Source of the DNA: Octopus vulgaris
Taxonomy: Eukaryota
Assembly: GCA_951406725.2 (NCBI GenBank)
Contig: OX597824.1
Span: forward strand, 50,840,001 to 50,904,000
Reading direction: 5' to 3'
DNA length: 64,000 nt
Shown: in pieces, positions 39,700 to 53,820 of the stretch
Numbering within the stretch: the first letter of the stretch is position 1
How the letters are laid out: every line of letters starts with the position of its first letter
Program-made: the position numbers and the translations under genes
The notes under the pieces: generated by a model
What the model was told of the DNA's origin: nothing
Seen by the model: the letters and a program-made list of their open reading frames with translations, nothing else
The model's database searches: none

Positions 39700-40043
39700 T
39701 AATTTTATTTCAGCTGCCTTAGTACCGGGCATCCTCCGGAGGCCAAGAGTAGCCAGGGCACTTTTGTTTTGTTATGCAAGCTAAAATTTCACCACATTTA
39801 TTCCATTTTAGATGGAGAGTGATTTCCGTAGTATATTGGTTCACGGAGATTGGAGTTACCAGGGAGTTGCTTAATATACTTCTCAGCTCCCTTCTTTATC
39901 ATTCCCAACGCACCAATTACCACTAGTATTATCGTAGCACTAAGCTTCCACATTTTTGGGATTTCAATTTGCTGATCTTTATAGTGAGAAAGCTTTTCGT
40001 ATTCCTTTCTTGAGACATTTTGATCTTGTGGGACAGATATATC

Positions 40044-40045
<2 letters not shown>
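39700..40045 (-). mobile_element. R4/Dong-like LINE 3' end (RLE C-terminus) abutting a (TAA)n array
   Basis: IDISVPQDQNVSRKEYEKLSHYKD..IEI.KMW...VVIGALGMI directly after (TAA)n on the element strand. Confidence 0.85.
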
Positions 40046-40134
<89 letters not shown>

Positions 40135-40138
40135 GTTA

Positions 40139-40229
<91 letters not shown>

Positions 40230-40239
40230 CAACATTATT

Positions 40240-40420
40240 CAGCTGACAGAATCGTTAGCACGCCGGGCAAATTACTTAGCGGCATTTCGTTCGGTGAGGT
40301 CGAATTTGCTTTTCATCGTTTAGGGTTCGATGAAATAAGTAGCAGTTGAGTATTAAGATCGATGAAATCGACTAGTACCCTCCCACCAACATTTCAGGCC
40401 TTGTGTCCTTAGTAGAAAGG

Positions 40421-40474
<54 letters not shown>

Positions 40475-41110
40475 GTTATTATTGTTATTATTATTATTAT
40501 TATTGAGGCGGCGAGCTGGCAGAGCTCGAATCGACTTTGCTTTTCATACTTTCGGGGTCAATAAAATAAGTAATCAACTAGTTTCCTCTCCCCAAAATTC
40601 CAGGCCTTGTGCCTTTAGTAGAAAGGATTATTATTATTAAGCTGACAGAATCGTTAGCACGCCGGGCAAAATATTTAGCGGCATTTCGTCCGTCCTAACG
40701 TTCTGAGTTCAAATTCCGTCGAAGTCGACTTAGCTCTTTGACAGTCAATAAGATAAGTAGCAGTTGAACACTGGGGGTCAATTTAATCGACTTACTCCCT
40801 CCCTCTGCACCAACCCATTGTTATTGTCATTACGCCAATTATTGTTTTTGCGCTTTAAGGTTGACTGATTTATGTCCTTTATTTAAAATCCGCTGTGGTT
40901 AACTTTTATCATTTGGGAGATTATAAAATAATGCACCAGTCATGTACTAAGTCGATTTAATCGACCAAATTCTCAAATTTCTGGTCTTGTACCTATGTTA
41001 GAAAAGCGCCAAATAATTTTTTTTGCGGTATCTGTTTCAACTCTTTACATTCTGAGTTCAAATTTTGCTGAGGTCATCTCTGTCTGGCACCCTTTCGGGA
41101 TCGACAAAAA
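40240..41110 (+). mobile_element. Head-to-tail cluster of SINE family B copies separated by (ATT)n tails
   Basis: GCTGACAGAATCGTTAGCACGCCGGGCAAA at 40242 and 40641; GGCGGCGAGCTGGCAG near 40507; repeated TAGTAGAAAGGATTATT ends. Confidence 0.8.
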
Positions 41111-42228
41111 AATATATATACCGGCCAATGGAACTTGTTAAACATATATAATCACATTTCTACAGCCTTTCGAATAGTAAATTCTGTGGACTGTTGTTGT
41201 TGTTGTCGTTGTTGTTATTGTTGTTGTTGTTGTTGTTGTTGCTCTTCTTCTTCTTCTTCTTCTTCTTGGAGTTAATGTTGCAGTCTTTTTATTTATTTAT
41301 TTATTCTTTCTTTCCACTTCCTCTGGACAGAATAACCTCAATGATCTTTGGTAAAAATCGTCTGGAATCTCTACCCTATAGTACGAGTCGCATGGATTTT
41401 TTTCCTCAAATTTCAAAACTAGATCATCCACGGATGGCTTTATGGCCTTCTGTAGTCCTTAAGACTTGTATTTCTGTATAGACACCACTCAACCGCAAGT
41501 CATACTTCTTTGCCTCAGAGATGACCACATGCTCTTTCTAGCAACATACATCTGTATGACTGGCCAAACATTGTCATAACTAATATCTCTTAAAATAATC
41601 ATTGAGTCACCACTTCAATGACCGTGATACAAGGTTCTGGGCAGGCGTGTAACATACTGGCCAGAGGTGCGTACAGTTGCTGTTTATAAGAATTGAAAAA
41701 CATTCCCGTGGTTTTCGAGATACAAATATACATCATTTTCTTTATTTCTTGTTACTCGATTAGGGACTGCGGTTTAGATGCACCTGTCTTGGTTATACAA
41801 ATCTGCCAGAACACAATATCAGCCAAGTAATTCATGTCTAGAGTCCGGCTATTAGAGGTCCCGTGAGTGAAGAGAAAGTTTGGCATTATTTTCTTTATTG
41901 CTCAAACTAATCTTTCGCTCATTTTTTCGTTTAGCAAAATGTGTGCGTGTGAGTGCGTGCATGTGGGTGCGTACGTGCGTATGTGCTGTTATCGTTATTC
42001 TAGTCGTTTAAATTATTCGAAATAATATTTTCTTATAGAAAATCATCATGTTTCCTTGTGTAAAAATAAAAATAAACAACAAAGTATAGAATTTTCCTCC
42101 GCCTCTATTTACTGTTCATAAACAGTGTTTTGTCTGAATTTAATTTATTTGAGGGACGTTTTTACGTATTATAATAATTCTGCTTCTACCACCAACACCA
42201 CCACCACCACCACCACCAACAACACAAC

Positions 42229-42260
<32 letters not shown>

Positions 42261-42372
42261 CACCACCAACAACAACAACAACAACACCAACACCACCACC
42301 ACCAACAACAACAACACCAACAACAACATCACCACCAACAACAACAACACCACCACCAACACCACTAATGTA

Positions 42373-42431
<59 letters not shown>

Positions 42432-42669
42432 AATAATGCTGCTCTTATAATTATTCTATATCTCTTCCACTCTGTTTTTCCATCTTTCTTCTCTCCTTTC
42501 CTGGTTCCCTTTTCCAAACACGCGCGCGCACACACGCACACACAAACACACACACACACACACACACACACTTTCTCTCTCTCTCTCTTTCTCTCTTTCT
42601 CTCTTTCTTTCCTTCTCTCTTTCTCTTTCTCTCCCTCACTCTCTGTCTTATTCCACTTCCATACAATTC

Positions 42670-42746
<77 letters not shown>

Positions 42747-44370
42747 CTCGCAATACATCGCATAACATCAATGGTTCACTCCACCTCTCTAAAAGTCCGT
42801 CTTACTCTCAGCCTTTATGACGCCACGCCGATGTTTGTTTTTATGTCTGGTTGTCTCTTTATATATACGTTTATTCAATTAATTCTAATTTGTACCTTTA
42901 TATATTTCTTTATTTAATTAATTCTAATTTGTTCCTTTATATATTTCTTTATTAAATTAATCATAATTTGTGTGTATGTGTGTTTGTATGTGTGTTTTTC
43001 CCTGATGTTTATATATTTATTTATTTTTTTTGTTTGTTTTTTGAATTACCAATTTTTGTTCTTCCTGTTGTTTAGAAATGATGTATGTTTATTTTTCATT
43101 TGTAATATTCTATCTCAAATTTCTAAGTCTTCACAGACACCCCATCTTCCACCCACATAAAGAGTTCTATTATCATCACCATAACCACCATCACCATCAC
43201 CACCACCACCACCACCAATACAACTATTATCACTATTAACACTACCATCACAACGACTACCATCATCATCATCACCACAACCAACATCGTTACTATCACT
43301 TCAATGACAACGACCACAACGACTACTGCCACCACCGCCACCACTAGCAAACTTTTCATCCTCATCATCTTCATCATCGTTATCATCAACTGTAACGCTA
43401 TTATTTGCCATTACCTCCATTGTTATTATCAAAACAATCACGATCATCACTATCATCCACACCAACCACGACGACCACCATCAACAACAACAATAACACC
43501 ATCATTATCAATAAAACGAGGGATCTTCTACGTAGAATCTTGAGCGACTAAAAGTAGCAGCCAAATTTCCTACAAACCACACTCTATTGTTTTAAATAAA
43601 GGACGTATTACATTAAGTAGTACGAAGTAGCCCGAAAAAGGCAGAAAGGTCACGGTTGGCATGCTTTTAGTCATATTTCTGCTGACCACAAGTAACCGGG
43701 TGCTAAACGATAACAGCGTCAAACCGTCCACCTTGCGGAAAATAACAGCTAAATTCTCCTTTAAATCGAATCCTGTCGTCTTACAGAAGGATAAGGCACA
43801 TTGGAGTATGTAGTTTTAGCAATAGCAGTCCAATCTTAATGTCTTAAAGAAGATGAACTAAAACAAATGCTAGCAGAAATAGCAGTCAACTCTCACTCCC
43901 ATATCACACATTCCACTGTCCTATTAAAGGCTGGGCACATTGGATAATATAGTCTAAAGTACACAATGTCTAAATATTAACAAGATCAGATGATCACGGC
44001 TAGAATACCTTGAGTTGCAGGTCAGTTTTAACAGAACAGACCAACAGCAATGATAACGACGATGACAACAACAACAACATCCCTATTAACGTATTCATCA
44101 TCATCACCAAAATCATTGCCAGGAAAACGATCGATTTACCAAGTAGAATCCTCCCTCATCTGTTTCATTCAAGTAGCACCTTTACCATCATCATACCATT
44201 GCTACCAAATACTATCAGATTCCCCTACTACCACGCCACTCCACCGTCTACCACTTTACGATGGGTTATCACTGTGCCTCCTCCAAATGTTATGATTTAA
44301 TTAATACCGAAACTCCACTCGCTATTCTTGCATGACTTTCGCTTTTTCGATTTTTCGTAAATGCCAGCCA

Positions 44371-44672
44371 TTATATTCCAAAGTATGAGATCACTACCAA
44401 CACCAATATTGCCATCAGATTAGCGATACCAGCTCTAGCACCAGCACTAGCATCAGCACAACGACCGCCTCCGCCATCACCCTCAGCTACAGCCGCCGTC
44501 GTCGCCACAGCCGCTGCCGTCGCCACAGCCTCCGCCGGTACCACAGCCGCCACCGCTGCCACCACCACCATTATCACCACCACCATTATCACCACCACCA
44601 GCATCACCACCACCACCATGCCAGCACCAACAGCAACACTGCCGCCCTCGCTACTACTGCAAGCCGCCCTCG

Positions 44673-44705
<33 letters not shown>

Positions 44706-45770
44706 GAGTATTACCACTACCTCTACGTCCATCTTGGGTCATAACTATTATAAAGCCCATTATTCCTATCATTCCCGTCATCGCCTAAAACTTATTGCCT
44801 TTAGAAACCACAGCCGTCAACATCATACTTCTCTGTTACAAGCACCATCACTTCTATCGCCATCCGCCCCTCCTGCCTCGGTTATCGGCACTATCAACTT
44901 TACTCCCATTAACACTACCACCACCACCACTCCTACCACAGCCACCACCACCGCAACTACCACCACAACCACCATCAATACCACCACTATCAGCAGCAGA
45001 CACCACCACCAACAGACACCACCACAACCACCAGACACCACCACCAGCATCAAACTATCATATTCACCAATATATCTCTCTGAAAAAATCCTCAACGTTA
45101 TCCTCAGCGTCCTCATCCTCATCATAATCATCATAATCATCATCATCATTGTCATCATGATCATGATGATGGTGTTCATCATCATCACCATCACTACTAC
45201 CACCACCACAACCACAAGCAACATAATCACCACCACCACTAAAGCAACAACAACAGCCACAAACAACACAATCACCACCACCGCCGCAACGACAACAACC
45301 ACAACCACTACTACCACTACTATCACCACTACCCCCATCACCACCACAACCACCACTACCACGACCACCACCACCACAACAACCACAAGCACCGCTACCA
45401 CTTTCATCATCAGCAACACTACCAAAACTACTACCACCACCATTATCATCGTTATCCTCAACACCACAATCCTCCCCTCCGGTTCTTCCTCCTCCTCCTC
45501 CTCCTCTCCTCCTCCCCACCACCACCATCATCATCATCTACATGACTCGCAGGTCCACAGAACTATCACAATCGTCATCGATGCTGCCATCGTTTTCTCT
45601 CATTAATTGCCATCACCATCAACCATTACTGCCATCGCCAACACCACCGTCAAGCATAACCATAGTATAACAACCTCCTCACCTCTTCCACCACCACCCT
45701 CCCCCTCACTATCACTATACACTTCCCCACCCCCACCGCCGCCGTCATCACCAGTGCATCCTTATCACAG
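44371..45770. repeat. Low-complexity (ACC/ACT/ATC/GCC)n trinucleotide region
   Basis: Mixed triplet runs give poly-T/H/P/I ORFs in several frames on both strands. Confidence 0.9.
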
Positions 45771-46214
45771 CCGGTTGTAATCTAACGATCTCAGTTTCCA
45801 TTCAACCGATCGATTCTTTTTGCCAAATAACAAAAAGAAAAACAAAACAACCGAAAGATCGGTAACAACAATTACATTTTCCAAACTGGTTGTGGTTGTG
45901 TTGATGGCGGCGGCGGCGGCGAGGTGGTGGTAGCGCCGGTGGTTGTGGTTGTAGTAGCGGCGGTGACGTTGGTGGTGGTGGTGGTGATGATGGTAGTGTT
46001 GGAGGGGAGGTGTAAGGTGAAGAAAGGACATCAGTGAAAAACGTCCTTCTACACCCTTTAGTCTTAAACCGTGACTCTCGCAGTGAGAGACGTGCAAGTG
46101 CAAACACACATGCATACACACATACCACACACATAATTACACAAGCACCCCACGTAGACACATGCATATGTCTATGTAGGCATAACATATATATATATAT
46201 ATGTACATACATAA

Positions 46215-46293
<79 letters not shown>

Positions 46294-46304
46294 TACGTAT
46301 ATAT

Positions 46305-46514
46305 ACCCTTTTACCCTTTTACTTGTTTCAGTCATTTGACTGCGGCCATGCTGGGGCACCGCCTTTAATCGAGCAACTCGAACCCGGGACTTATTCTTTT
46401 GTAAGCCCAGTACTTATTCTATCGGTCACTTTTGCCGAACCGCTAAGTACGGGGACATAAACAGACCAGCATCGGTTGTCAAGCAATGCTAGGGGACAAA
46501 CACAGACACACACA

Positions 46515-46549
<35 letters not shown>

Positions 46550-46595
46550 CATATATACGACGGGCTTCTTTCAGTTTCCGTCTACCAATCCACTA
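46305..46595 (-). mobile_element. SINE family A, head missing
   Basis: Near-identical to 1300-1585. Confidence 0.85.
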
Positions 46596-46687
46596 TACAT
46601 ATATATTTATATATATATGTATATATATATAAATATATATATATATATGTATGTATACATGCATACGTATATGTCTATTGTCTATGC

Positions 46688-46750
<63 letters not shown>

Positions 46751-46755
46751 TGTCT

Positions 46756-46817
<62 letters not shown>

Positions 46818-46823
<6 letters not shown>

Positions 46824-46938
46824 TATTATTTAAAACAGTTTGAATCGGCCCCATGCGACCTAATATTTCGCGCGTTTCTAACAGAAACTCGCCTCGTTTG
46901 GGCTTCGATGACCGAAACTGTTCTAAATAATAATACAT
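46818..46938. mobile_element. Small MITE-like hairpin
   Basis: ATGTATTATTATTTAAAACAGTTT and AAACTGTTCTAAATAATAATACAT form terminal inverted repeats. Confidence 0.5.
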
Positions 46939-47038
46939 GTGATTCTACCAAAAGTGTTGAGTGCCTTTTTCTTTCGTTTGGCCCTTCACTCGTATATATA
47001 TACATATGTGTGTGTATGTGTGTGTGTGTGCGTGTGTA

Positions 47039-47087
<49 letters not shown>

Positions 47088-48011
47088 TCCCATACACACA
47101 TGACATACCCACCATCACAAAAAACACACAAACATACATGCACACACATACAGACGTAAACATACACACATGCGCACGCACACACAACACTATAACAAAT
47201 GCCAATCACACACACACACACAACACCAAGACAATCATAACAATCACAAACATAGTAGGACAGAGATACACACACACACTCATATTACACACACACTCAC
47301 TTACATCCCCACATAACATCCCCACCAACACAAAATACACAAGAATACACACGCACCCACAGATGCACACATACACACACTAGCGCACATACAACACACT
47401 AACATTAACCACACACATACACACACACACAAACGTGCACACATACACACACCATCCTACAAAATTTTAAAAACACACACAAGTACATCTATTTACACCA
47501 CAATAAACCCTGGGACCAATCAAAAGCGGCCCACTCACACAAACACACACACATATATATATACACACACACACTCACACCATTCTGACCTCTAAAGTCC
47601 AATCCCCCAAATCATTGATACTTGAAAGATAAACAAAAACTTCTTTTCAATTCCACATTACTATTCCTTCCCCCACCCAAACACACCTACACTGTCCCTT
47701 GAAATAGAAAATAGTCGTTTACGATTATATAGTGAATCAGATCTGTTAAAACTATACTAGTAACATGTAACCTTTTTGCACTTATAATTTTCTGTGTATA
47801 TATATATATAGATACAATACCAATATTCCTCTGAACTTTTTGATAATTCTTTCTGTAAACTGTTTTTAACATTTTCTTAAGAATGTATATATATATATTG
47901 TGATCTTTTGTGCCCAATATTTTAATGAACTTGCTAAACTTTTTCATATTTTCCCAAGATTTTCCTTTGTAAACTGTTTTTAACATGTTCTTCTTATTAT
48001 CAAAGAATGTA

Positions 48012-48340
48012 TCATCATCATCATCGTTTAGCATCCGTTCTCCATGCTAGCATGGGTTGGACGGTTCGACCGGGGATCTGGGAAGCCAGAAGGCTGCACC
48101 AGGCTCCAGTCTTATCTGGCAATGTTTCTACAGCTGGGTGCCCTTCCTAACACCAACCACTCCGTGAGTGTATTGGGTGCTTTTTACGTGCCACCTGCAC
48201 AGGTGCCAGGCGAGGCTGGCAACGGCCACGGTCGGATTGGTATATTTTACGTGCCACCGGCACGGAGGCCAGTCGAGGCGGCGCTGGCATCGGCCACGAG
48301 TCGGATAGTGCTTTTTACGTACCAGCACTATCCGACTCGT

Positions 48341-48342
<2 letters not shown>
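48012..48342 (-). mobile_element. Retroelement 3' end with (GAT)n tail and internal TTTTACGTGCCACC repeats
   Basis: (ATC)n tail, GCCCTTCCTAACACCAACCA motif, three CTTTTTACGT-type subrepeats. Confidence 0.55.
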
Positions 48343-48385
<43 letters not shown>

Positions 48386-48431
48386 GTTATTTTGTGACAA
48401 CCAGTACCTAACACAACCAAGCTTTTACATG

Positions 48432-48477
48432 TTACTTTTGACAATCTTTTTCTAAAAAACTGAAACCGGCCAAGTAA
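48432..48477 (+). ncRNA. Degenerate minimal hammerhead (U3-A8 variant) in a solo pLTR fragment
   Basis: TTACTT-TTGACAA-tcTTTTTctaAAAAAct-GAAAC-CG-GcC-AAGTAA. Perfect 6-bp stem I; U16.1 mutated. Confidence 0.5.
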
Positions 48478-48512
48478 ATAAACATCTTTTAAAATTGCAT
48501 TTTCAAACGTTC

Positions 48513-48672
<160 letters not shown>

Positions 48673-48823
48673 TGGTGTGTGAAAGGACGTGGTTGAATAT
48701 ATAGAAAATAGTAAAGAGTGAAAAAACTACAGAAGGCTTGTTTTATAAAGTTAAAGAATATATTTGAGTCATTATGTTAGAAGAATGTTATAAAATTTTT
48801 TCATACAATAACATAGTTTTTGA

Positions 48824-48860
48824 AGAAATTACGGGTTTCGTGTTAACTTTTCAAATTTCT
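48824..48860 (-). ncRNA. Minimal type I hammerhead (U3-A8) in the 3' pLTR
   Basis: AGAAAT-TTGAAAA-GT-taac-AC-GAAAC-CC-GTA-ATTTCT. Confidence 0.65.
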
Positions 48861-51282
48861 CAAATGTCTTTATTTACATCGTGTTATGTCTTCGTTATGA
48901 AGTGCAAAGAAGAGTTCTAGGTAGGGGGAGGTAATAAGCGATTTCTTTATTTAATGGGGTGAGTTTCTCTGTATAAGAATGTTAGAGTGGTTAAGTTTGG
49001 ACTTATATTTTTCAATGAAGAATGTTTCCTTGTTTAATCTAATTTGTGTTGGTGTTCCAATAGCACATTAATAGAATGGAAAGATTAAAAATTGTGGTAG
49101 TAGTTGCTTTGCGCATTTCTCAATATGCTCACTAAAGGGTATCATTCTGTATTCTGGGAATGCAATCTGTTGTCGATGCAGAGTGCATCTACGTCTGAGT
49201 GATAGTCCCGTGGACCCCACGTAGTTTTGGTGGCAGCCCGAGCACCTTATGACATAAATTATGTTTTCAGAAGCACAAGTAAAATTAGATCTGATCTTGA
49301 ATTTTTGTCCCTCTTTGAAAAGGAATTCTGATCCTTCTAGAAGGTTTGGGCATGTTGCGCAGTTTGGCCTACCACATTTTTTTACTTTTGCATCCGTAAT
49401 TTCAGAAGACAATTTTGCCTTTGTGAGAATCTTTTTAAGTGATTTAGGTTGTTTGTAGCTTTTAATGATTTTATGTATATTTAGAATTTCCTTTAATTTG
49501 GGGTCCTTATGAAGTATTGGTAAATTCTGGGTGATGATGGTGAAGGCTTCTTTGTTTCTGGGGTTGTATGTGGATATGTAAGGCAGTATTTTCGAGGAAG
49601 GTGTGATGTTGTGTTGAACTTTTCTCAAAGTTTCTATGTCGATTTCTGTTGCAAGTCTGATCCCATCCTCTATGAGTTGAGCTGGGTAGTGTCTGTCAAT
49701 TAGGGTGTTTTTGAGTTCTTGTAGTCTAAAGTTCCTGGTATTTTGTTCTGGCACTATTGTGCATATCCTTCTTGCAAGGTTGAAAGGGATGTTTTTTTTA
49801 GTGTGTCTTGGGTGGCATGAATCAAAAAGTAGGTATTGTTTAGCGTCTGTGGCTTTGTAAAAAATGTCTGTTTCTATTTTAAGGTTAATTATTTTAATTA
49901 GTATATCTAAGAATGGAAGTTCCTTTTGGTTGTATTCCATTGTGAACTGTATATTTGGGTTGATGCTGTTCAATAGGTTTTTGAATTTTAGGAGTTTATC
50001 TGTGTTTTCATTCCAGAGTATAAAACAATCGTCCAGGAATCTTTTCCAATTCTCTTTTATGTATTGAGAGAGGGGGTTTCCAAAGGTCGATAAAGATTCC
50101 TGGTATACAATTATTTCCAGGTAGCCCATTGTTAGGTTCGCAATGACTAGTGCTGCCCTTGTACCCATAGCAATTCCGGATTTTTGACGGTAAAATGTAT
50201 TGTCAAACATGAAGTGGTTATTATGTAGGAGGAATTCAACCGATTTAGTAATGAATTCTTTACTGATCCTTTTTGGTATTTCTTCCGGAAATTGGTCCAG
50301 CCAGAACTGTATTGCCTCTAGTCCATAATTATGAGGTATACTGGTATATAAATTAACTACATCAAATGAAACCATGATTGTTTCTTCCATGACTTTTTTT
50401 GGAAGGTGGTTTAACATATCCAAGTCATCTCTGATATGACTATCGATATGTTTAAGGAAGGGTTTCAGGAGGATGTCCATAAATAGACTTAATCTGTGTG
50501 TTTCACAGGTTGGGCCAGCTACAATGGGTCGTAGTTTTAGGTCCCCCGGGTTAGGTGTGTGTATGTATGTCTTTGGTGATTTTTTAATGGTTTCATTTAT
50601 AATTTGGCTTTTATGTATTTTGGCAGACCATAGAAGAGGTTAGGCTTGCATTTAAAGTTTGTTAGAAAGTCAACCTCTTTGGTTGTTAGTTCCTTTTCAT
50701 GGGTTTTAATTAGTGAAGACAGAGTTTTCATTATTTTTTGCGGGGTGTAGTTGGTGATTTTTTCATAATGTTGATTGTCATCAAGCAAGGAAATTACAAG
50801 ATTTCTATAGTATAATGTATCCATTATTACAACTGCACTTACTTTGTCTGCTTCCTTAATGGTTATATCTTCATCATTTTGAAGTTCTATCAGTTCCTTC
50901 CATTGTGCAGTGCTGAAATTTGAGTTAACTGTCTGTTTACGTATAGTATGGTAGGGAAAGTTCTCAATGAGTCTGCAGAACTCGTCAAGATCTTTATTTC
51001 TTCTTCTGTGGGGGATGTGTTCACTTTTGTTCTTGACTAGTGATTCATCTTCAGTATTGAAGCTGGTTGATGCTTCTGCTAGTCTTAATTTTCTGCAGAA
51101 TTCTGTTATATTATCCTTGATTTCATTTTGGTTGGCTCTGCGTGGAGTTGGCGTAAATTTGAGCCCTTTTGAGAGGATGTCAATTTTTATGTTAGAGAGA
51201 GGTTTGGTTGGAAGGTTGATTATCTTCGGTTTTTCCTTATTACTAGGTTCCAGCCTGTGTCCTGGTGTCTCTAGTCCCGGGC

Positions 51283-51289
51283 TAAAAAA
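51283..51289 (-). promoter_or_regulatory. Putative -1 ribosomal frameshift slippery site T TTT TTA
   Basis: In frame at the end of the upstream ORF (QHFLARD*). The -1 frame is the RT frame, which has no ATG before 50824. Confidence 0.6.
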
Positions 51290-51592
51290 TGTTGGGTGTA
51301 ATTTTGTTTGTATGAGTTGTCTGTGAGGTTGTGTGATATTGGTTCGGGGGAACGGTGGTATTGTTGCCTCCGATTATTGTGTATGTGTGGGAATCTATGG
51401 TTGTTTTCGTTTGTGGTGTGTGTAAAATTTCTGTATGTGATATATTTTTGTTTCGAATTGCTTGTATGTGGGATGTTGCTTGACTTAGTGTTTTTTTGCG
51501 TTTGTCTTGTGTTCGGTGGGGACCAGTAATTTTGGTTCATATGGTAGTAGCGACTTAACGAAGACATAACACGATGTAAATAAAGACATTTG

Positions 51593-51629
51593 AGAAATTT
51601 GAAAAGTTAACACGAAACCGGTAATGTCT
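51593..51629 (+). ncRNA. Minimal type I hammerhead (U3-A8) in the inverted pLTR
   Basis: AGAAAT-TTGAAAA-GT-taac-AC-GAAAC-CG-GTA-ATgTCT; palindromic stem III ACCGGT. Confidence 0.65.
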
Positions 51630-51740
51630 TCAAAAACTGTTATTGTATGAAACAATTTTATAACATTCTTCTAACATAATGACTCAAATATATTCTTTAA
51701 CCTTATAAAACAGGCTTTCTGTAGTTTTTTCACTCTTTAC

Positions 51741-51842
<102 letters not shown>

Positions 51843-52036
51843 CACATGTATATATGTATATATATGCATATTTATATAAATACATACACACACATATATA
51901 TATCTATATATAAATACATACATATATACTTATATAAATATATATATAATTTATATATATTTATACATATATAATTTATATGTATACATATATATATATA
52001 TACATATATGTATATTTATCTATCTATATATGTATG

Positions 52037-52077
<41 letters not shown>

Positions 52078-52369
52078 ACACATGTTCTCTCTCTCTCACT
52101 TCCTCCTCATCCACCTCACCCTCTTGTGCTGTCTTGTTCCTCCCCACCACTACGAAACTCTATAAAATGATTAAAATTCTCCACAAAGGAATTATTTTGA
52201 TTTGAAAACCCCACTAGAATGGGAGAAAGCGCTAATGATCTAAGTGATATGATATATATGTAAAAAATGTAATATATAAATAAATATCTGCAAATATAAA
52301 CCATCCGATCTTCTGATTACCTCATTTCTTCTAATATATAATACCTGTACATCATCTCCAAACCTTCCA

Positions 52370-52416
<47 letters not shown>

Positions 52417-52442
52417 TGTATGTATGTATGTATGTATGTATG

Positions 52443-52497
<55 letters not shown>

Positions 52498-52705
52498 GGG
52501 AAATCAAAATAATAAATCGAGCAATTAAATATTTTAATCATCAAATGATAAATTCAATTCAATTGTTATATATGTATGTGTATATATGTCGAACGTCACT
52601 TTAATGCGTTGGCCTCAACATTTCATCTATTCCGTTCTCTCCATACAATTATGTATGTATGTATGTATGTGTGTATGTATGTATGTATGTATGTATGTAT
52701 GTATG

Positions 52706-52737
<32 letters not shown>

Positions 52738-53609
52738 GTCAAACAAATGTAGGATAATTCTCTCTTTTTCTCATTCTCTTATACCTTTTCTGTCTGTATT
52801 TCCAAGCGAATAAATGCTGCAAGTATTTTGGTTTTGAACAGAACAAGGGTAACTAAAGAAAGGAGTCAGAAAGGAGTCAGAAGGGGGTCACTTATAAACA
52901 TGTCAATATACCACGCTAATTTTACTGTGAGTACCAACATTGAAGAAATCCGCCTAGTTCATAAGAAAATCAATTTCCAAATTCCGACTCTGATAGCTAA
53001 ACATTGTTGTTATTGACTAACCTCGTGTTATCCCTGATTGAACAGATCTATGATCCTATGCATTCCAGTCCGTTTATATGTTTCATGCATAAAGTATCTT
53101 GGACTTCATAATCCGAAGTGTCCTTTCATTTTGAATGGCATTATATGAGGTGCATGTTGCTGTTTTTCTAGCTAACAGGGTAATCACGTAGATGTTCCTT
53201 TGGTGTCTTGTTCTTCAGGACATTTCAATAGAATGTATGCTATCGATAAATCTTACTTTGAAAGTAGATGGCTTTAGAAATGGAAAATAAAATTATCGAG
53301 TTTTGTATATCAGCTGCGTCTTCTCTGTAACAACACGAACAAAAACAAACACAGAGAATATAATATAATATAAGAACGACCTCTTCTAAAAACAAATAAA
53401 ACACATAAAGAAGTACTTAGAGTGGGAATATAAGCTATGCGATCCTGGAAATCCTGAGGAACAACTTTATATACCCCCTTACACACTGGAAAATGTTCAA
53501 AGCATTGACTATATCTAAAATTGCTGCATATATTTCCTCTGAAGAACATATACGAACAGAATCTGTCGACTTTTTAAAATATTTGTGTGAAAGATATAAC
53601 ATACATATA

Positions 53610-53820
53610 TAGGTTTCAAATATTTGCACAAGGCCAGCAATTTCAAGGGAGGGGTAAGTCGATTACATCGATTTCAGGGCTCAACTAGTATTTATTTTAT
53701 CGACCCTCAAAAGGACAAAGTCGAGCTCGGCAGAACTTGAACTCAAAACGCAAAGACGGACGAAATGCTGCTAAGCATTTTTAACCGGCGTGCTAACGAT
53801 TCTGCCAGCCCGCCGCCTTA
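53610..53820 (-). mobile_element. SINE family B, full length
   Basis: Minus strand starts AAGGCGGCGGGCTGGCAGAATCGTTAGCACGCCGG. Confidence 0.8.

Noticed and set aside
44371-45606. 290-aa Thr-rich mucin-like ORF and overlapping ORFs
   Set aside because: Trinucleotide low-complexity sequence open in several frames on both strands; no domain or splice support.
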